From NCBI GenBank assembly GCA_002269645.1, contig NIVC01000124.1, positions 186,001 through 250,000 on the forward strand: a stretch of 64,000 nucleotides of DNA. The letters run 5' to 3'. The translations under genes were made by a program, and so were the position numbers. The stretch comes from Macrostomum lignano (Eukaryota). Shown one piece after another: positions 41,761 to 59,808 of this stretch (position 1 is the stretch's first letter; every line of letters starts with the position of its first letter). The notes under the pieces are model-generated. The model saw only the letters and a list, made by a program, of their open reading frames with translations, ran no database searches and had not been told where the DNA came from.

Positions 41761-42334
41761 GGCGTCATTATTGAGTGTCGTCAGTAGATTCTACAAAATA
41801 TTAAAAATTTAAAATATATCGTGGATATACGTATATAATCCTACTTTCAGTAGACTAAGTAGTAGACTAAGGAAAAAAAATTGACAAACGATTTGCTAAA
41901 AATGCCTTTGTTCAAGGTTTAACCCCAAAAGTAGCAGTTAGAAGTTCCTTTCATGGGGCATATTTTTCGAATTAACACCTGCCAATTGGTTTTGCAAAAA
42001 CATGAGGATTGAATTTTTGGTGTGTAGCTTGCAGGAAAGCGCCGAGTTGCCTCTCAACGACCAGTCAGTGGCACTTGTTTTGAAAAAAAATCTTTGCACG
42101 CAGGCTTTGTCCGGGTCTAGAGACAGATTGCAATTTAAAGGTTACTGATTGATTGATTGGCTGATATAGATCTGCGGCGAAAGGCTTGCTGTTTCTTATG
42201 GAAAAAGGATTGCTGACTACTTATAGTAGAATGATTTCTATAGTCTACTTGATTAAATAATAAATGTTATCGACAAACTGTCTTTGGATATTTACATTAG
42301 ATTTTAGACTTTAAAAATGTACATATGATTTACA

Positions 42335-43010
42335 GCCAATGACAGATTTACAGCAGATGACAGATTTACAGCCAATGACAGATTTACAGCCAATGACAGA
42401 TTTAAAGCCGATGACAGATTTACAGCCAATGACAGATTTACAGCCAATGACAGATTTACAGCCAATGACATATTCAGATTTACAGATAACTACAGATTTA
42501 CAGCCAATGAGAGAATTACAGCCAATGACAGATTTACAGCCAATGACAGATTTACAGCCAATGACAGATTTACAGCCAATGACAGATTTACAGCCAATGA
42601 CATATTCAGATTTACAGATAACTACAGAATTACAGCCAATGACAGATTTACAGCCAATGACAGATTTACAGCCGATGACAGATTTACAGCCAATGACAGA
42701 TTTACAGCCGATGACATATTTACAGCCAATGACAGATTTACAGCGAATGACAGATTTACAGCGAATGACAGATTTACAGCCAATGACAGATTTACAGCCA
42801 ATGACAGATTTACAGCCAATGACAGATTTACAGCGAATGACAGATTTACAGCGAATGACAGATTTACAGCCAATGACAGATTTACAGCCAATGACAGATT
42901 TACAGCAGATGACAGATTTACAGCCAATGACAGATTTACAGCCAATGACAGATTTACAGCCGATGACAGATTTACAGCCAATGACAGATTTACAGCCAAT
43001 ACAGATTTAT
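42335..43010. repeat. 18-bp minisatellite (ATGACAGATTTACAGCCA)n
   Basis: Tandem units; reads (MTDLQP)n in one frame. Confidence 0.95.
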
Positions 43011-43407
43011 AGCCACCCAATACAGGCAGTGAGTTATAGGCAGTCTATATTTAATATGCCTATAATAATTAGCTACGTACATCACACCCAATAGATAAGC
43101 TAGATTGCAATCCATAAACTCTGCACACAATATAAATGCGCGTGTACGAGTATATAAGCATTAAAAAGCCGACGAAAAAATTATTTCAAGAAAGATACAG
43201 GATTAGACAGGCTGTCAATATGAATTTCGAGTGGAAGGATTAGGCCGCCCGAGGGTCTATTTTATACACAGAGTTGGGGCCAAGGAGGGCGCAAGAACGA
43301 AGATTTGGAGAGAGTTGCTTGTTTGGTACAAATTTCTGATGTCATAGAATGATAAGTACTGCTCATCTTATAGGAGTGACTGTCACAGCTAGCTTTGACG
43401 GTGGGTG

Positions 43408-46400
43408 TGATGGAGTGACTGTGACTGTGATGGAGTGACTGTGACTGTGATGGAGTGACTGTGACTGTGATGGAGTGACTGTGACTGTGATGGAGTGACT
43501 GTGACTGTGATGGAGTGACTGTGACTGTGATGGAGTGACTGTGACTGTGATGGAGTGACTGTGACTGTGATGGAGTGACTGTGACTGTGATGGAGTGACT
43601 GTGACTGCGATGGAGTGACTGTGACTGTGATGGAGTGACTGTGACTGTGATGGAGTGACTGTGACTGTGATGGAGTGACTGTGACTGTGATGGAGTGACT
43701 GTGACTGTGATGGAGTGACTGTGAGTGTAATGGAGTGACTGTGACTGTGACTGTGATGGAGTGACTGTGACTGTGATGGAGTGACTGCGAGTGTGATGGA
43801 GTGACTGTGACTGTGATGGAGTGACTGTGACTGTGATGGAGTGACTGTGACTGTGATGGAGTGACTGTGACTGTGATGGAGTGACTGCGAGTGTGATGGA
43901 GTGACTGCGAGTGTGATGGAGTGACTGTGACTGTGATGGAGTGACTGTGACTGTGATGGAGTGACTGTGACTGTGATGGAGTGACTGTGACTGTGATGAA
44001 GTGACTGTGACTGTGATGGAGTGACTGTGACTGTGATGGAGTGACTGTGACTATGATGGAGTGACTGGGACTGTGATGGAGTGACTGCGAGTGTGATGGA
44101 GTGACTGTGACTGTGATGGAGTGACTGTGACTGCGATGGAGTGACTGTGACTGTGATGGAGTGACTGTGACTGTGATGGAGTGACTGTGACTGCGATGGA
44201 GTAAAAAGAGGTGAGACGGAGTGACAGTGAGCGTGAAGTGTGAAAGTGTGGGTCAGAGTGACACCGAGTGTGAAAGTGTGACAGTGAGCGTGAAAGTGTG
44301 AAAGTGTGGGTCAGAGTGACAGCGAGTGTGAAAGTGTGACAGTGAGTGTGACAGAATGACAGTATGATGAGAAGAGATTTGCACTCTCCAGATTTCTTTT
44401 TCAAGGTGTCCCTGGCGCGACCGTCAAGAGAGTGAGGGGTAAGGGGGATATTTTCCAGAGCAAGGGGAGCACTTCCCAAATCACAGGGGGCTGCCCGGCC
44501 AGCTGATTAAAATTAATTAGGTCCGTCCGAATGCAAATTAGTGGCCGCTGCGCCAGCTAGGGATGTGGGGGTGTCTTTCGCGGAATCCCTGAGCCCAGTC
44601 AGCAAGTATATGAGATCCTCAGGCCTTTATCAGAGTATAGCAAGTTTCCCTCACTCTGCGCTTTTGCCCGAGATTTCTGGCCAGCCGCTTTGAAGGATTT
44701 GAAAGACGAGGGAAAAAAACTTTTTTTCTCGGCTTCAAGAATGGCGGTCGGTCATGATTGCTGCTTTGAGAGAAAAAGAAAGTTCTTAACTTTTATTTTG
44801 TCTGGCTTCAGCGAGATTTCCAAGATAGGGTTTCCCTGTATAGGTTGGAAGTTTCTAGAAAATCTTCCTAATTGGGGTGCCACAGAATTAATATTAACTA
44901 GGGCTGTGAATGAGAACTGTGAATGAGAAAGGCGTGAAAATGAGTGTGATGGAGTGACTGTGAATAGGATGTAGTGACTGTGAGAGTGATAGAGTGACTG
45001 TGAATGTGATGGAGTGACAGTGAATGTGATGGAGTGACAATGAATGTGATGGAGTGACTGTGACTGTGATGGAGTGACTGTGACTGTGATAGAGTGACAA
45101 TGAATGTGATGGAGTGACTGTGACTGTGATGGAGTGACTGTGACTGTGATGAAGTGACTGTGAGTGTGATGGAGTGACTGTGATGGAGTGACTGTGTGTG
45201 CGATGGAGTGACTGTGAGAGTATGGAGTGACAATGAGTGTGATGGAGTGACAATGAGTGTGATGGAGTGACAGTGTGTTTGATGGAGTGACAGTGAGTGT
45301 GATGGAGTGACAGTGAGTGTAATGGAGTGACAGTAAGTGTGATGGAGTGACAGTGAGTGTAATATAGTGATTGTGAGTGTGATAGAGTGACTGTGAGTGT
45401 GATGGAGTGACTGTGAGTGTGATGGAGTGACTGTGAGTGTGATGGAGTGACAGTGAGTGTGATGGAGTGACAGTGAGTGTAATAGAGTGATTGTGAGTGG
45501 GATAGAGTGACTGTGAGTGTGATAGAGTGACAGTGAGTTTGATAGAGTGACAGTGAGTGTGATGGAGTGACAATGAGTGTGATGGAGTGACTGTGAGTGT
45601 GATGGAGTGACAGTGAGTGTGATGGAGTGACAGTGAGTGTAATGGAGTGACAGTGAGTGTGATGGAGTGACAGTGAGTGTAATAGAGTGATTGTGAGTGT
45701 GATGGAGTGACAGTGAGTGTAATGGAGTAACAGTAAGTGTGATGGAGTGACAATGAGTGTGATGGAGTGACAGTGAGTGTAATGGAGTGACAGTGAGTGT
45801 GATGGAGTGACAATGAGTGTGATGGAGTGACAGTGAGTGTAATGGAGTGACAGTGAAAGTGATGGAGTGACAGTGAGTGTAATAGAGTGATTGTGAGTGT
45901 GATAGAGTGACTGTGAGTGTGATAGAGTGACTGTGAGTGTGATGGAGTGACTGTGAGTGTAATAGAGTGACAGTGAGAGTGATAGAGTCAGTGTAAGTAT
46001 GAGAGACAGACAATGAGTCGTACAGAGTGACAGTGCTAGGGTGAGAGTGACAGTGAAATAGAGGGAGACTGACAAAATGAGACAATATTATGGTGAGGCA
46101 GTAAGAAATTAAATCAACACTACTTTTATTTGTATGGCAATTTTCAGTTCCAGGTTTAATAACTTTATTCGACTAGAAAAATAATTCTTTAGTTGTACTT
46201 TTAAGTTTAACAGCAGACTGCGGTATGTAACTTGCGAGTGACAAATTACCAAGCCAGGCTCATTAACCTCCTAAGTCTATAAGGCGGCTTGTGGGGGCGC
46301 CTTCTGACTTATTCACTTAAATTGGCGCCTTCTGACTCATTCACTTAATTTGGCCCCCTTTGACTCATTCACTTAATTTGGCGCCTTCTGACTCATTCAC

Positions 46401-48280
46401 TTTATTTGGCGCCTTCTGACTTATTCACTTAATTTGGCGCCTTCTGACTCATTCACTTAATTTGGCGCCTTCTGACTCATTCACTTTATTTGGCGCCTTC
46501 TGACTTATTTACCGAATTTGGCGCCTTCTGACTCATTCACTTTATTTGGCGCCTTCTGACTCATTCACTTAATTTGGCGGCCTTCTGACTTATTCACTTA
46601 ATTTGGCGCCTTCTGACTCATTCACTTGATTTGGCGCCTTCTGACTCATTCACTTAATTTGGCGCCTTCTGACTCATTCACTTAATTTGGCGCCTTCTGA
46701 CTCATTCACTTAATTTGGCGCCTTCTTACTCATTCACTTAATTTGGCGCTTTCTGACTTATTTACCGAATTTGGCGCCTTCTGACTTATTCACCTAATTT
46801 GGCGCCTTCTGACTTATTCACTTAATTTGGCGCCTTCTGACTCATTCACCTAATTTGGCGCCTTCTGACTTATTCACTTAATTTGGCGCTTTCTGACTCA
46901 TTCACTTAATTTGGCGCCTTCTGACTTATTCACTTAATTTGGCGCCTTCTGACTCATTCACTTAATTTGGCGCCTTCTGACTTATTCACTTAATTTGGCG
47001 CCTCCATGGCGCCAACAATCTTGGCGCCTCCAGTCAAACGCTCGACTTTGTTGAGTTCCCAATTCGCTAGCCGCATCCACCCCCAAGAATTCCTGACCAA
47101 TGGGAACTGTGCTAGGCAGTATTTTCTAAGGCTTAATACCCTCACAGTAGTGTATAAAATATGCTGAAAAATTCCAATAGGAATTTTGTCCTCTTCGCCG
47201 CGTTCTTTTCTCATTTAAAATGCTCAAATAAACAAATAATTCACGCGAGGTTCGATTTTAAACGAAAACTACAGTTCAAACTATGGAAGGTGTAAAATTA
47301 ACCCGATCCAAGTCGCTGCCCGATTCGAGACTATTCGAAGCTTTGGTTCGAAAATTTTCCAGGTGAGCCATGTTGCCCCCCCCCCCCTAATCTCACCTCA
47401 TTAGCACCTGTTTAATGAATGTACCCTGAGCAGTAATGCTCAGTAATGATGCTTAATACCGAAATGTCGTCGAATCCAAACTTGGGAATACTTTGTCAAC
47501 TGGGGATCTGGGAGGGCGGCCGCCCAGCAACTGAGGATCTGAGAGGCTGGCCCAGCAACTGAGGATCTGAGAGGCTGGCTCAGCAACTGAGGATCTGGGA
47601 AGCTGGCTCAGCAACTGACACTCTGGGAGGCTGGCCCAGCAACTGAGGATCTGAGAGGCTGGCTCAGCAACTGAGGATCTGGGAAGCTGGCCCAGCAACT
47701 GAGGATCTGGGAAGCTGGCCCAGCAACTGAGGATCTGGGAAGCTGGCCCAGCAACTGAGGCTCTGGGAGGCTGGCCCAGCAACTGAGGATCTGGGAGGCT
47801 GGCCCAGCAACTGAGGATCTGTGAAGCTGGCCCAGCAACTGAGGATCTGGGAAGCTGGCTCAGCAACTGACACTCTGGGAGGCTGGCCCAGCAACTGAGG
47901 ATCTGGGAGGCTGGCCCAGCAACTGACACTCTGGGAGGCTGGCCCAGCAACTGAGGATCTGGGAGGCTGGCCCAGCAACTGAGGATCTGAGAGGCTGGCT
48001 CAGCAACTGAGGATCTGGGAAGCTGGCCCAGCAACTGAGGATCTGGGAAGCTGGCTCAGCAACTGACACTCTGGGAGGCTGGCCCAGCAACTGAGGATCT
48101 GGGAGGCTGGCCCAGCAACTGACACTCTGGGAGGCTGGCCCAGCAACTGAGGATCTGGGAGGCTGGCCCAGCAACTGACACTCTGGGAGGCTGGCCCAGC
48201 AACTGAGGATCTGGGAGGCTGGCCCAGCAACTGACACTCTGGGAGGCTGGCCCAGCAACTGAGAATCTGGGCAGTCCATT
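43408..48280 (+). repeat. Segmental duplication, copy 1: 20-bp GATGGAGTGACTGTGA(C/G)TGT arrays (43408-44200, 44940-46000), 28-bp GGCGCC array (46300-47010), 28-bp CAGCAACTGAGG array (47520-48275) and three unique spacers
   Basis: Unique blocks 44320-44940, 46000-46310 and 47010-47520 recur nearly identically at 60430-61050, 62100-62410 and 63170-63670 in the same order and orientation. Confidence 0.95.
47097..47159 (+). promoter_or_regulatory. Candidate core promoter: CCAAT (47097-47101) and TATAAAA (47153-47159)
   Basis: Motifs in canonical order ~125 nt upstream of ATG 47283; conserved in the duplicate. Confidence 0.5.
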
Positions 48281-48821
48281 CCCAGCGGCTACTCTGGACG
48301 CTTTGGCTTCGATATTACCAATCTATTAATATTTCTGGGTGTCAGGACTGGATTAAGAGACCTGGCCAGCTTCCAGCGCCCTCTCGGTCTGGGAATGTCT
48401 CGGTCCCGAACTGTGCAGATGATTTATGGCGCATGTTACAATACGCTGGAGAAAATAGGGATTTCAATGCATCTAATACATGTATAAAGATATATATATA
48501 TATATTTAGGTCTGCGAAACTGGGAGCTCAAGTCGTCAGATTATGTTTGATAGGATTTCGGGTGCTCAACTGGTGGATATTTTGTTGCGTCTGATTTTTG
48601 ATTGTGGTGTCTTTGTTGCCTTAGCAATTGAGGTTGTTGTTGAAATCGAAGTTTTCGTAGCTTTGAGGTTATTGCTGTTGTTGTTGTTGTTGTTGTTGTT
48701 GAAATTGAGGTTGTTGTTGTTGTTGTTGTTGTTGCTGTTGTTGTTGAAATTGAGGTTGTTGTTTTTGATGTTGCTGCTGTTGTTGTTGAAATTGAGGTTG
48801 CTGTTGTTGTTGAAATTGAGG

Positions 48822-48859
<38 letters not shown>

Positions 48860-48886
48860 GAAATTGAGGCTGTTGTTGTTGTTGTT

Positions 48887-48917
<31 letters not shown>

Positions 48918-48971
48918 TTGTTGCTGCTGTTGTTGTTGAAATTGAGGTTGTTGTTGTTGTTGAAATTGAGG

Positions 48972-49042
<71 letters not shown>

Positions 49043-49193
49043 GAAATTGTGGTTGGTGTTGTTGTTGTTGTTGTTGTTGTTGTTGAAATTGAGGCTGTTG
49101 TTGTTGTTGTTGTTGTTGTTGCTGCTGTTGTTGTTGAAATTGAGGTTGCTGTTGTTGTTGAAATTGAGGTTGTTGTTGTTGTTGAAATTGAGG

Positions 49194-49258
<65 letters not shown>

Positions 49259-50762
49259 GAAATTGAGGTTGTTGTTGTTGTTGAACTTGGGTTGTCATTG
49301 TTATCATTGTTATTTTTATTGATTTAATTGAGGCTGTTGTTTTTGAAATTAAAGTCGTTGTCGGTGTTGTCGGTGTTGAAATCGAAGTTATTGTTACTGT
49401 TGATGAAATTATAAGTTCTTTGTTATTGTTATTGTTAAAATTGACGTTGCCGTTGTTTTTTTCAATTTGAAGTTGTACTTTTATTATTGTAAGGGACGGC
49501 TGAACCCTTGGCTAACATCAGCGGGCCAAATACAATTTGTCATTAGTACTGTAAGTAACTGTAAGCGCCAGAAACGGCAGGGCAGGAGTAATGGGATCAA
49601 AAGCAAGGAAAGATGCACGTGGAAAAAATGGCATAGCGAAGGTGGACAGCTCGATCGGTTTCCGCAGTATGCCTTATTTATTTTTATTAGCAACACTTGC
49701 CGCATAATTTCACCGAAATGCTTTCATATTTCTGCTAACTCTGTCTGTCCTTCACCAGCTTTTAGAATGATTTGCCATCTTTCTCTGACGGGAGAAGCAT
49801 CCTCATTGGCCATTCCTTCTAGAAGAAAAAATGCAAAAGCAATTAGCCGCAGATTCCTGCACTCCAGCCGAAATTGCAATACGATTTATCTTTGCCTCGG
49901 CATCAACTGCTGGCTGCTGCCGCCGAGACTGACGGGTCCTGTGGAGTTTCATCGCTCTTTTGAGTCAAGGAGGGTCTGGGAGCTGCGAGGGTGGCGGTAG
50001 CTCAGCAACTGAGGGTCTGGGAGGCTAGCCCAGCAACTGTAGGAGGATCTTGAAGGCTGGCCCAGCAACTGAGGATCTGGGAGGCTGGTCGAGCAACTGA
50101 GGATTTAGGAGGCTGGCCCAGCAACTGAGGATTTAGGAGGCTGGCCCAGCAACTGAGGATCTGGGAGACTGGATCAGCAACTGAGGATCTGGGAGACTGG
50201 ATCAGCAACTGAGGATCTGGGAGGCTGGATCAGAAACGGAGGATCTGGGAGGCTGGTGGCCTAGATAGAAACTGAGAATAATCCAGCGCCCCATCACCGC
50301 CTCTCCAGTATCCCCAGCTCAGTCGGCATGGCCGGCCGCAGCTGCAGCCTGCAGGACTCGCAGGCCCTCCGTGAGGCCTACTCAAGCAGCGAATGCGACT
50401 CAACATCTTCATCCTCATCGAGCTCTGAGAGCCTCTCCAGCTGCAGCAGCAGCGACTCGGAGGAATCCAACGATTGCTCAGCTTCCTCGAGTGCTTCATC
50501 AACGTCTTCATCCTCCTTCGAAGAATCGGTTCAGGTCGACAACGTGTCGACAGATCGCCGCCCCGACTCCGATCAGTTGAGTTTCATCGATCTGCGAGGC
50601 GCCAGGAGGCGCCAAGATCGGCGCCAAGATCGGCGCCAAGATCGGCGCCCGCTGAGCGCGCTGTCAGAGGAGTCCACCGAGAGTGGCGACTGCAGCGCTT
50701 CGGCGTCAGCGGCAGCGTCAGCAGCAGCTGGGCCTACAGCTATCGCACTGCCAGTTATATGA
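47283..50762 (+). CDS. Candidate uncharacterised Ser/acidic-rich protein, ~175 aa; further internal exons possible
   Basis: Exon 47283-47362 (MEGVKLTRSKSLPDSRLFEALVRKFS, donor AG|GTGAGC, phase 2) joins in frame to acceptors at 50308 or 50317 and to ORF 50328..50762. Confidence 0.5.
48670..49330. repeat. Compound (TTG)n microsatellite punctuated by TTGAAATTGAGG
   Basis: Flanks are degenerate versions of the same unit. Confidence 0.9.
50000..50240. repeat. Further copy of the 28-bp CAGCAACTGAGGATCTGGGAGGCTGGCC minisatellite
   Basis: Same unit and orientation as 47520-48275 and 63665-64000. Confidence 0.9.
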
Positions 50763-50999
50763 TTTACTCAACATATCGGCGCTGGATTATCAAATTATAT
50801 TGAGAATGGCTATAAGCCTATTCAGTACCTTGTTTGTTTTTATGTGAGAAAGTCTATCTGCTCAGAGAAATGAGCTACTAAAAGTGCACAAAATGTACTG
50901 CACATTCTCTGTTGCTTGATGAGAACAATGCGTATGGCTGATAAAAAATCTGTAAAGTCTGAAGTGTGATGTCCAACACGAGGAAAAAAGGAGGAAGAA

Positions 51000-52620
51000 T
51001 GATGTGTCAGATTATGGAAAGAATGATGTGTCAGATTATGGAAAGAATGATGTGTCAGATTATGAAAAGAATGATGTGTCAGATTATGAAAAGAATGATG
51101 TGTCAGATTATGAAAAGAATGATGTGTCAGATTAATGAAGAATGATGTGTCAGATTATGGAAAGAATGATGTGTCAGATTATGGAAAGAATGATGTGTCA
51201 GATTATGAAAATAATGATGTGTCAGATTAATGAAGAATGATGTGTCAGATTATGAAAAGAATGATGTGTCAGATTAATGAAGAATGATGTGTCAGATTAT
51301 GGGAAGAATGATGTGTCAGATTAGTGAAGAATTATTTGTCAGATTATGGGAAGAATGATGTGTCAGATTATGAAAGAGTAATGTGTCAGATTATGGAAAG
51401 AATGATGTGTCAGATTATGGAAAAAATGATGTGTCAGATTAGTGAAGAATTATTTGTCAGATTATGGGAAGAATGATGTGTCAGATTATGAAAGAGTAAT
51501 GTGTCAGATTATGGAAAGAATGATGTGTCAGATTATGGAAAAAATGATGTGTCAGATTATGAAAAGAATGATGCGTCAGATTATGGAAAGAATGATGTGT
51601 CAGATTATGAATAGAATGATGTGTCAGATTATGGGAAGAATGATGTGTCAGATTATGAAAAGAATGATGTGTCAGATTATGGAAGAAATAATGTGTCAGA
51701 TTAGTGAATAATGATGTGTCAGATTATGGGAAGAATGATGTGTCAGATTATGAAAGAGTAATGTGTCAGATTAGGGAAAGAATGATGTGTCAGATTAGTG
51801 AAGAATAATTTGTCAGATTATGGGAAGAATGATGTGTCAGATTAGGCATGAATGATGTGTCAGATTATGAAAAGAAAGATGTGTCAGATTATGGAAAGAA
51901 TGATGTGTCAGATTATGAAAAGAATGATGTGTCAGATTATGGAAAGAATGATGTGTCAGATTATGAAAAGAATGATGCGTCAGATGATGGAAGGAATAAT
52001 GTGTCAGATTAGTGAATAATGATGTGTCAGATTATGGAAAGAATGATGTGTCAGATTATGAAAGAGTAATGTGTCAGATTAGGGAAAGAATGATGTGTCA
52101 GATTAGTGAAGAATAATTTGTCAGATTATGGGAAGAGTGATGTGTCAGATTATGAAAGAGTAATGTGTCAGATTAGGGAAAGAATGATGTGTCAGATTAG
52201 TGAAGAATAATTTGTCAGATTATGGGAAGAGTGATGTGTCAGATTATGAAAGAGTAATGTGTCAGATTATGGAAAGAATGATGTGTCAGATTATGGAAAA
52301 AATGATGTGTCAGATTATGAAAAGAATGATGCGTCAGATTATGGAAAGAATGATGTGTCAGATTATGAATAGAATAATGTGTCAGATTATGGGAAGAATG
52401 ATGTGTCAGATTATGAAAAGAATGATGTGTCAGATTATGGAAAGAATGATGTGTCAGATTATGGAAAGAATGATGTGTCAGATTATGGAAAGAATGATGT
52501 GTCAGATTATGAAAAGAATGATGCGTCAGATAATGGGAAGAATGATGTGTCAGATTATGGGAAGAATGATGTGTCAGATTATGAAAGAGTGATGTGTCAG
52601 ATTATGAAAGAGTGATGTGT
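51000..52620. repeat. 24-bp minisatellite (GAATGATGTGTCAGATTATGGAAA)n
   Basis: About 65 tandem units. Confidence 0.97.
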
Positions 52621-53445
52621 CAAGCTAGTAAAGTGTCAGCAAATTGAGGGGTTCATCATGAATCAATGTACTTACAAACGGTCTATCCGAAAATTCTAAA
52701 GACCTTCTACATTTCTGAGGATCAGTCATTCGAGTAAAAATGTGTTTAGTACTATTCTAAACAGAAAGTTCTACAAGATCCCCCTGTAGTCAATCAATGC
52801 CTTAAGTCAGGCCAAAGCAGTGCTTAAGACCCTAAAAGTACTCTTGTGCTTGCTCAGCTCGCGTGAAAATTTCATAACGAGTTGGTTCTTCAACTCTCAT
52901 TAGAGACACTCGGTTATATGAGTAGGATGCGATCAATAGGGCGCAATGTACTACTTTATTCAATGAGTAGTACAGAAGCTTTTACATCGTATTATATATT
53001 TGTTTTCTGATAACAATAGTGCGGTTGTGAAGTACGCGAAATATATCGGAATTCCGTTGTGAAGAGGTCCACATATTACAGTTTAGATTTTGATTAAACT
53101 AAGGGCGAACCAGATCAAGAGGTGTCGGGCAGGGACAGAAATGTCGTTGGTGTCAGAAGGCGCTGAAATTTAGTGTCAAATTTTGGCACTGATATCTGGG
53201 TTGATTGCGCGCCAAATGATGTGTCAATTGGGCGTCAGAAGGGCACTGAGTTTATTGCCAGGAGGGGCCTGTAAATTTGTGTCAGGATGGGCGCTAAAAT
53301 AAGTGTCAGGATGGCGCCAAATTTGGTGTTTGCAGGGCTTGTTCATACTCATTAAGGAATTTTATACTTACACAACATTCACTCCTTTACTGATGAAATA
53401 ACACGAGTTTATAAGGTTAACTGGAAGGCGTCAGAAGTCCGTCGA

Positions 53446-57989
<4,544 letters not shown>

Positions 57990-58063
57990 TACCTTAACTT
58001 TGAGAGGCAAATTTCACACACGAGTTAGAAATTTTCTGTTCCAACAACGCCATATTAGTTTGC

Positions 58064-58071
58064 TTTAAATA
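58064..58071 (-). promoter_or_regulatory. Candidate TATA-like box TATTTAAA of ACE
   Basis: 75 nt upstream of the ATG; E-box CACGTG near 58135. Confidence 0.45.
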
Positions 58072-58212
58072 CCTGCGAATTTGGATAAACCTGGAAAGGT
58101 TTTGCGCGCGGCGGGCTATCTTGTGCAATCAGACCACGTGACTTGATTGCAGTGCGGCCTGAGGGTTACTGTGCAACGTACAGCCAAACTGCTACATGTA
58201 AGCCATTTGGAA

Positions 58213-58435
58213 TCAGTCAGTCAGTCAGTCAGTCAGTCAGTCAGTCAGTCAGTCAGTCAGTCAGTCAGTCAGTCAGTCAGTCAGTCAGTCAGTCAGTCAG
58301 TCAGTCAGTCAGTCAGTCAGTCAGTCAGTCAGTCAGCCAGTCAGTCAGTCAGTCAGTCAGTCAGTCAGTCAGTCAGTCAGTCAGTCACCCACTCACTCAA
58401 GTCAGTCAGTCAGTCAGTCAGTCAGTCAGTCAGTC
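58213..58435. repeat. (CAGT)n microsatellite
   Basis: Seen directly; abuts the 5' end of the ACE paralog relic. Confidence 0.97.
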
Positions 58436-58441
58436 CGCCGC

Positions 58442-59571
58442 ATGAAGCGATTAGAAATGGATCAGCTGTTTGATTGGCGCAATTTTCGGAATGAAACCTT
58501 GAGACGATTGTTCTCCAAGGCGGCCGACATTGGCTTCTCTGTTTTGAACAATACGGAAAAACGGACGCTCGTGAGATCTCAGACTGTCATAAATCGTGTT
58601 GAAATTGCCGAGATTCCCTGCCCAAGATTCCCCTCTTAAGATTCCCTTCCCGAGATTCCATACCAGAGATTCCCCTGCCTGAGATTCCCCTTCCCGAGAT
58701 TCCCCTTCCCGAGATTCCCCTTCCCAAGATTCCCCTTCCCGAGATTCCCCTTCCCGAGATTTCTCTCCCAAGATTCCCTTCCCGAGATTCCCCTGCCCGA
58801 GATTCCCCTTCCCGAGATTCCCCTGCCCGAGATTCCCCTTCCCGAGATTCCCCTTCCCGAGATTCCCCTTCCCAAGATTCCCCTTCCCGAGATTCCCCTT
58901 CCCGAGATTTCTCTCCCAAGATTCCCTTCCCGAGATTCCCCTGCCCGAGATTCCCCTTCCCGAGATTCCCCTTCCCGAGATTCCCCTGCCCGAGATTCCC
59001 CTTCCCGAGATTCCCCTTCCCGAGATTTCTCTCCCAAGATTCCCTTCCCGAGATTCTCTTTCCCGAGACTCTCTTTCCCGAGATTTTCTTTCTGAGATTC
59101 TCTACCCAAGATTCCTCTCCCAAGATTCCCTTCCCGAGAATTTCTGCCTAAGATTCTCTTCCTGAGATTCCCTACGCCAGATTCCCTACCCAAGATTCCC
59201 TTCCTGAAGGGGGATTCCCTACGCCAGATTCCTTACCCAAGATTCCTTACCAGAAATTTCCCTTTCCAAGATCCCTTAATGGAGATTCCCTACTCGAGAT
59301 TCCCCTTCCCGAGATTCACCTTCCTGAGATTCATTTTCTTCCATCATTCCTATCAAAGCCGGTCAACCCCACGCATTTTCAGCGCAACAAGCTGATCTCC
59401 CAAATGTCAAATGTCTACCGATTGGCGACAGTTGAAGATCCAATCACGAAGCATGAGATTCCTTTTTCACCTAGTAAGATACGAATTCGTTAAGTAATAG
59501 AATAATTTTTTATCTAATAATTAATGAATGCAGGTATTATGGACTCATGTTAAGCATCGGAGGCTGCATAG
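58442..59571 (+). pseudogene. Truncated ACE paralog, head-to-head with ACE
   Basis: 58442-58570 KRLEMDQLFDW..FSKAADIG matches the end of ACE exon 1 with the same phase-0 donor; 59383-59473 is 91 nt like ACE exon 2 (ATVEDPITKHEIPFS vs ATVEHPDTGEPIPLS); from 59534 IMDSC*ASEAA* aligns to LMASPDVSEAVK with two stops. Confidence 0.85.
58610..59340. repeat. 15-bp minisatellite (GAGATTCCCCTTCCC)n, relative of the 55100-55700 array
   Basis: Seen directly. Confidence 0.95.
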
Positions 59572-59635
59572 GTACGAGTAGCCAAGAATTATTCTTAAAA
59601 CACATAAGCCTTTACTAGCTTCAGAATTTTCAACG

Positions 59636-59808
59636 ACTAGCTACTGAAGTATCAAGGATTAGCTACTGAAGTATCAAGGATTAGCTACTGAAGTATCAAG
59701 GACTAGCTACTGAAGTATCAAGGATTAGCAACTGAAGTATCAAGGATTAGCTACTGAAGTATCAAGGATTAGCTACTGAAGTATCAAGGATTAGCTACTG
59801 AGGTATCA
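59636..59808. repeat. 22-bp minisatellite (AGCTACTGAAGTATCAAGGATT)n at the duplication junction
   Basis: About 8 units fused directly to the GGAGTGACTGTG array. Confidence 0.92.

Noticed and set aside
44360-44560. C/D snoRNA or snRNA gene (ATGATGA, CTGA, octamer ATGCAAAT)
   Set aside because: No terminal stem, long box spacing and no recognisable guide or snRNA body.
48669-49307. Minus-strand polyQ protein (QQQQPQF)n
   Set aside because: Nearly all repeat, flanks are degenerate copies with stops, and no linked exons were found, unlike the polyQ gene at 29705-33305.
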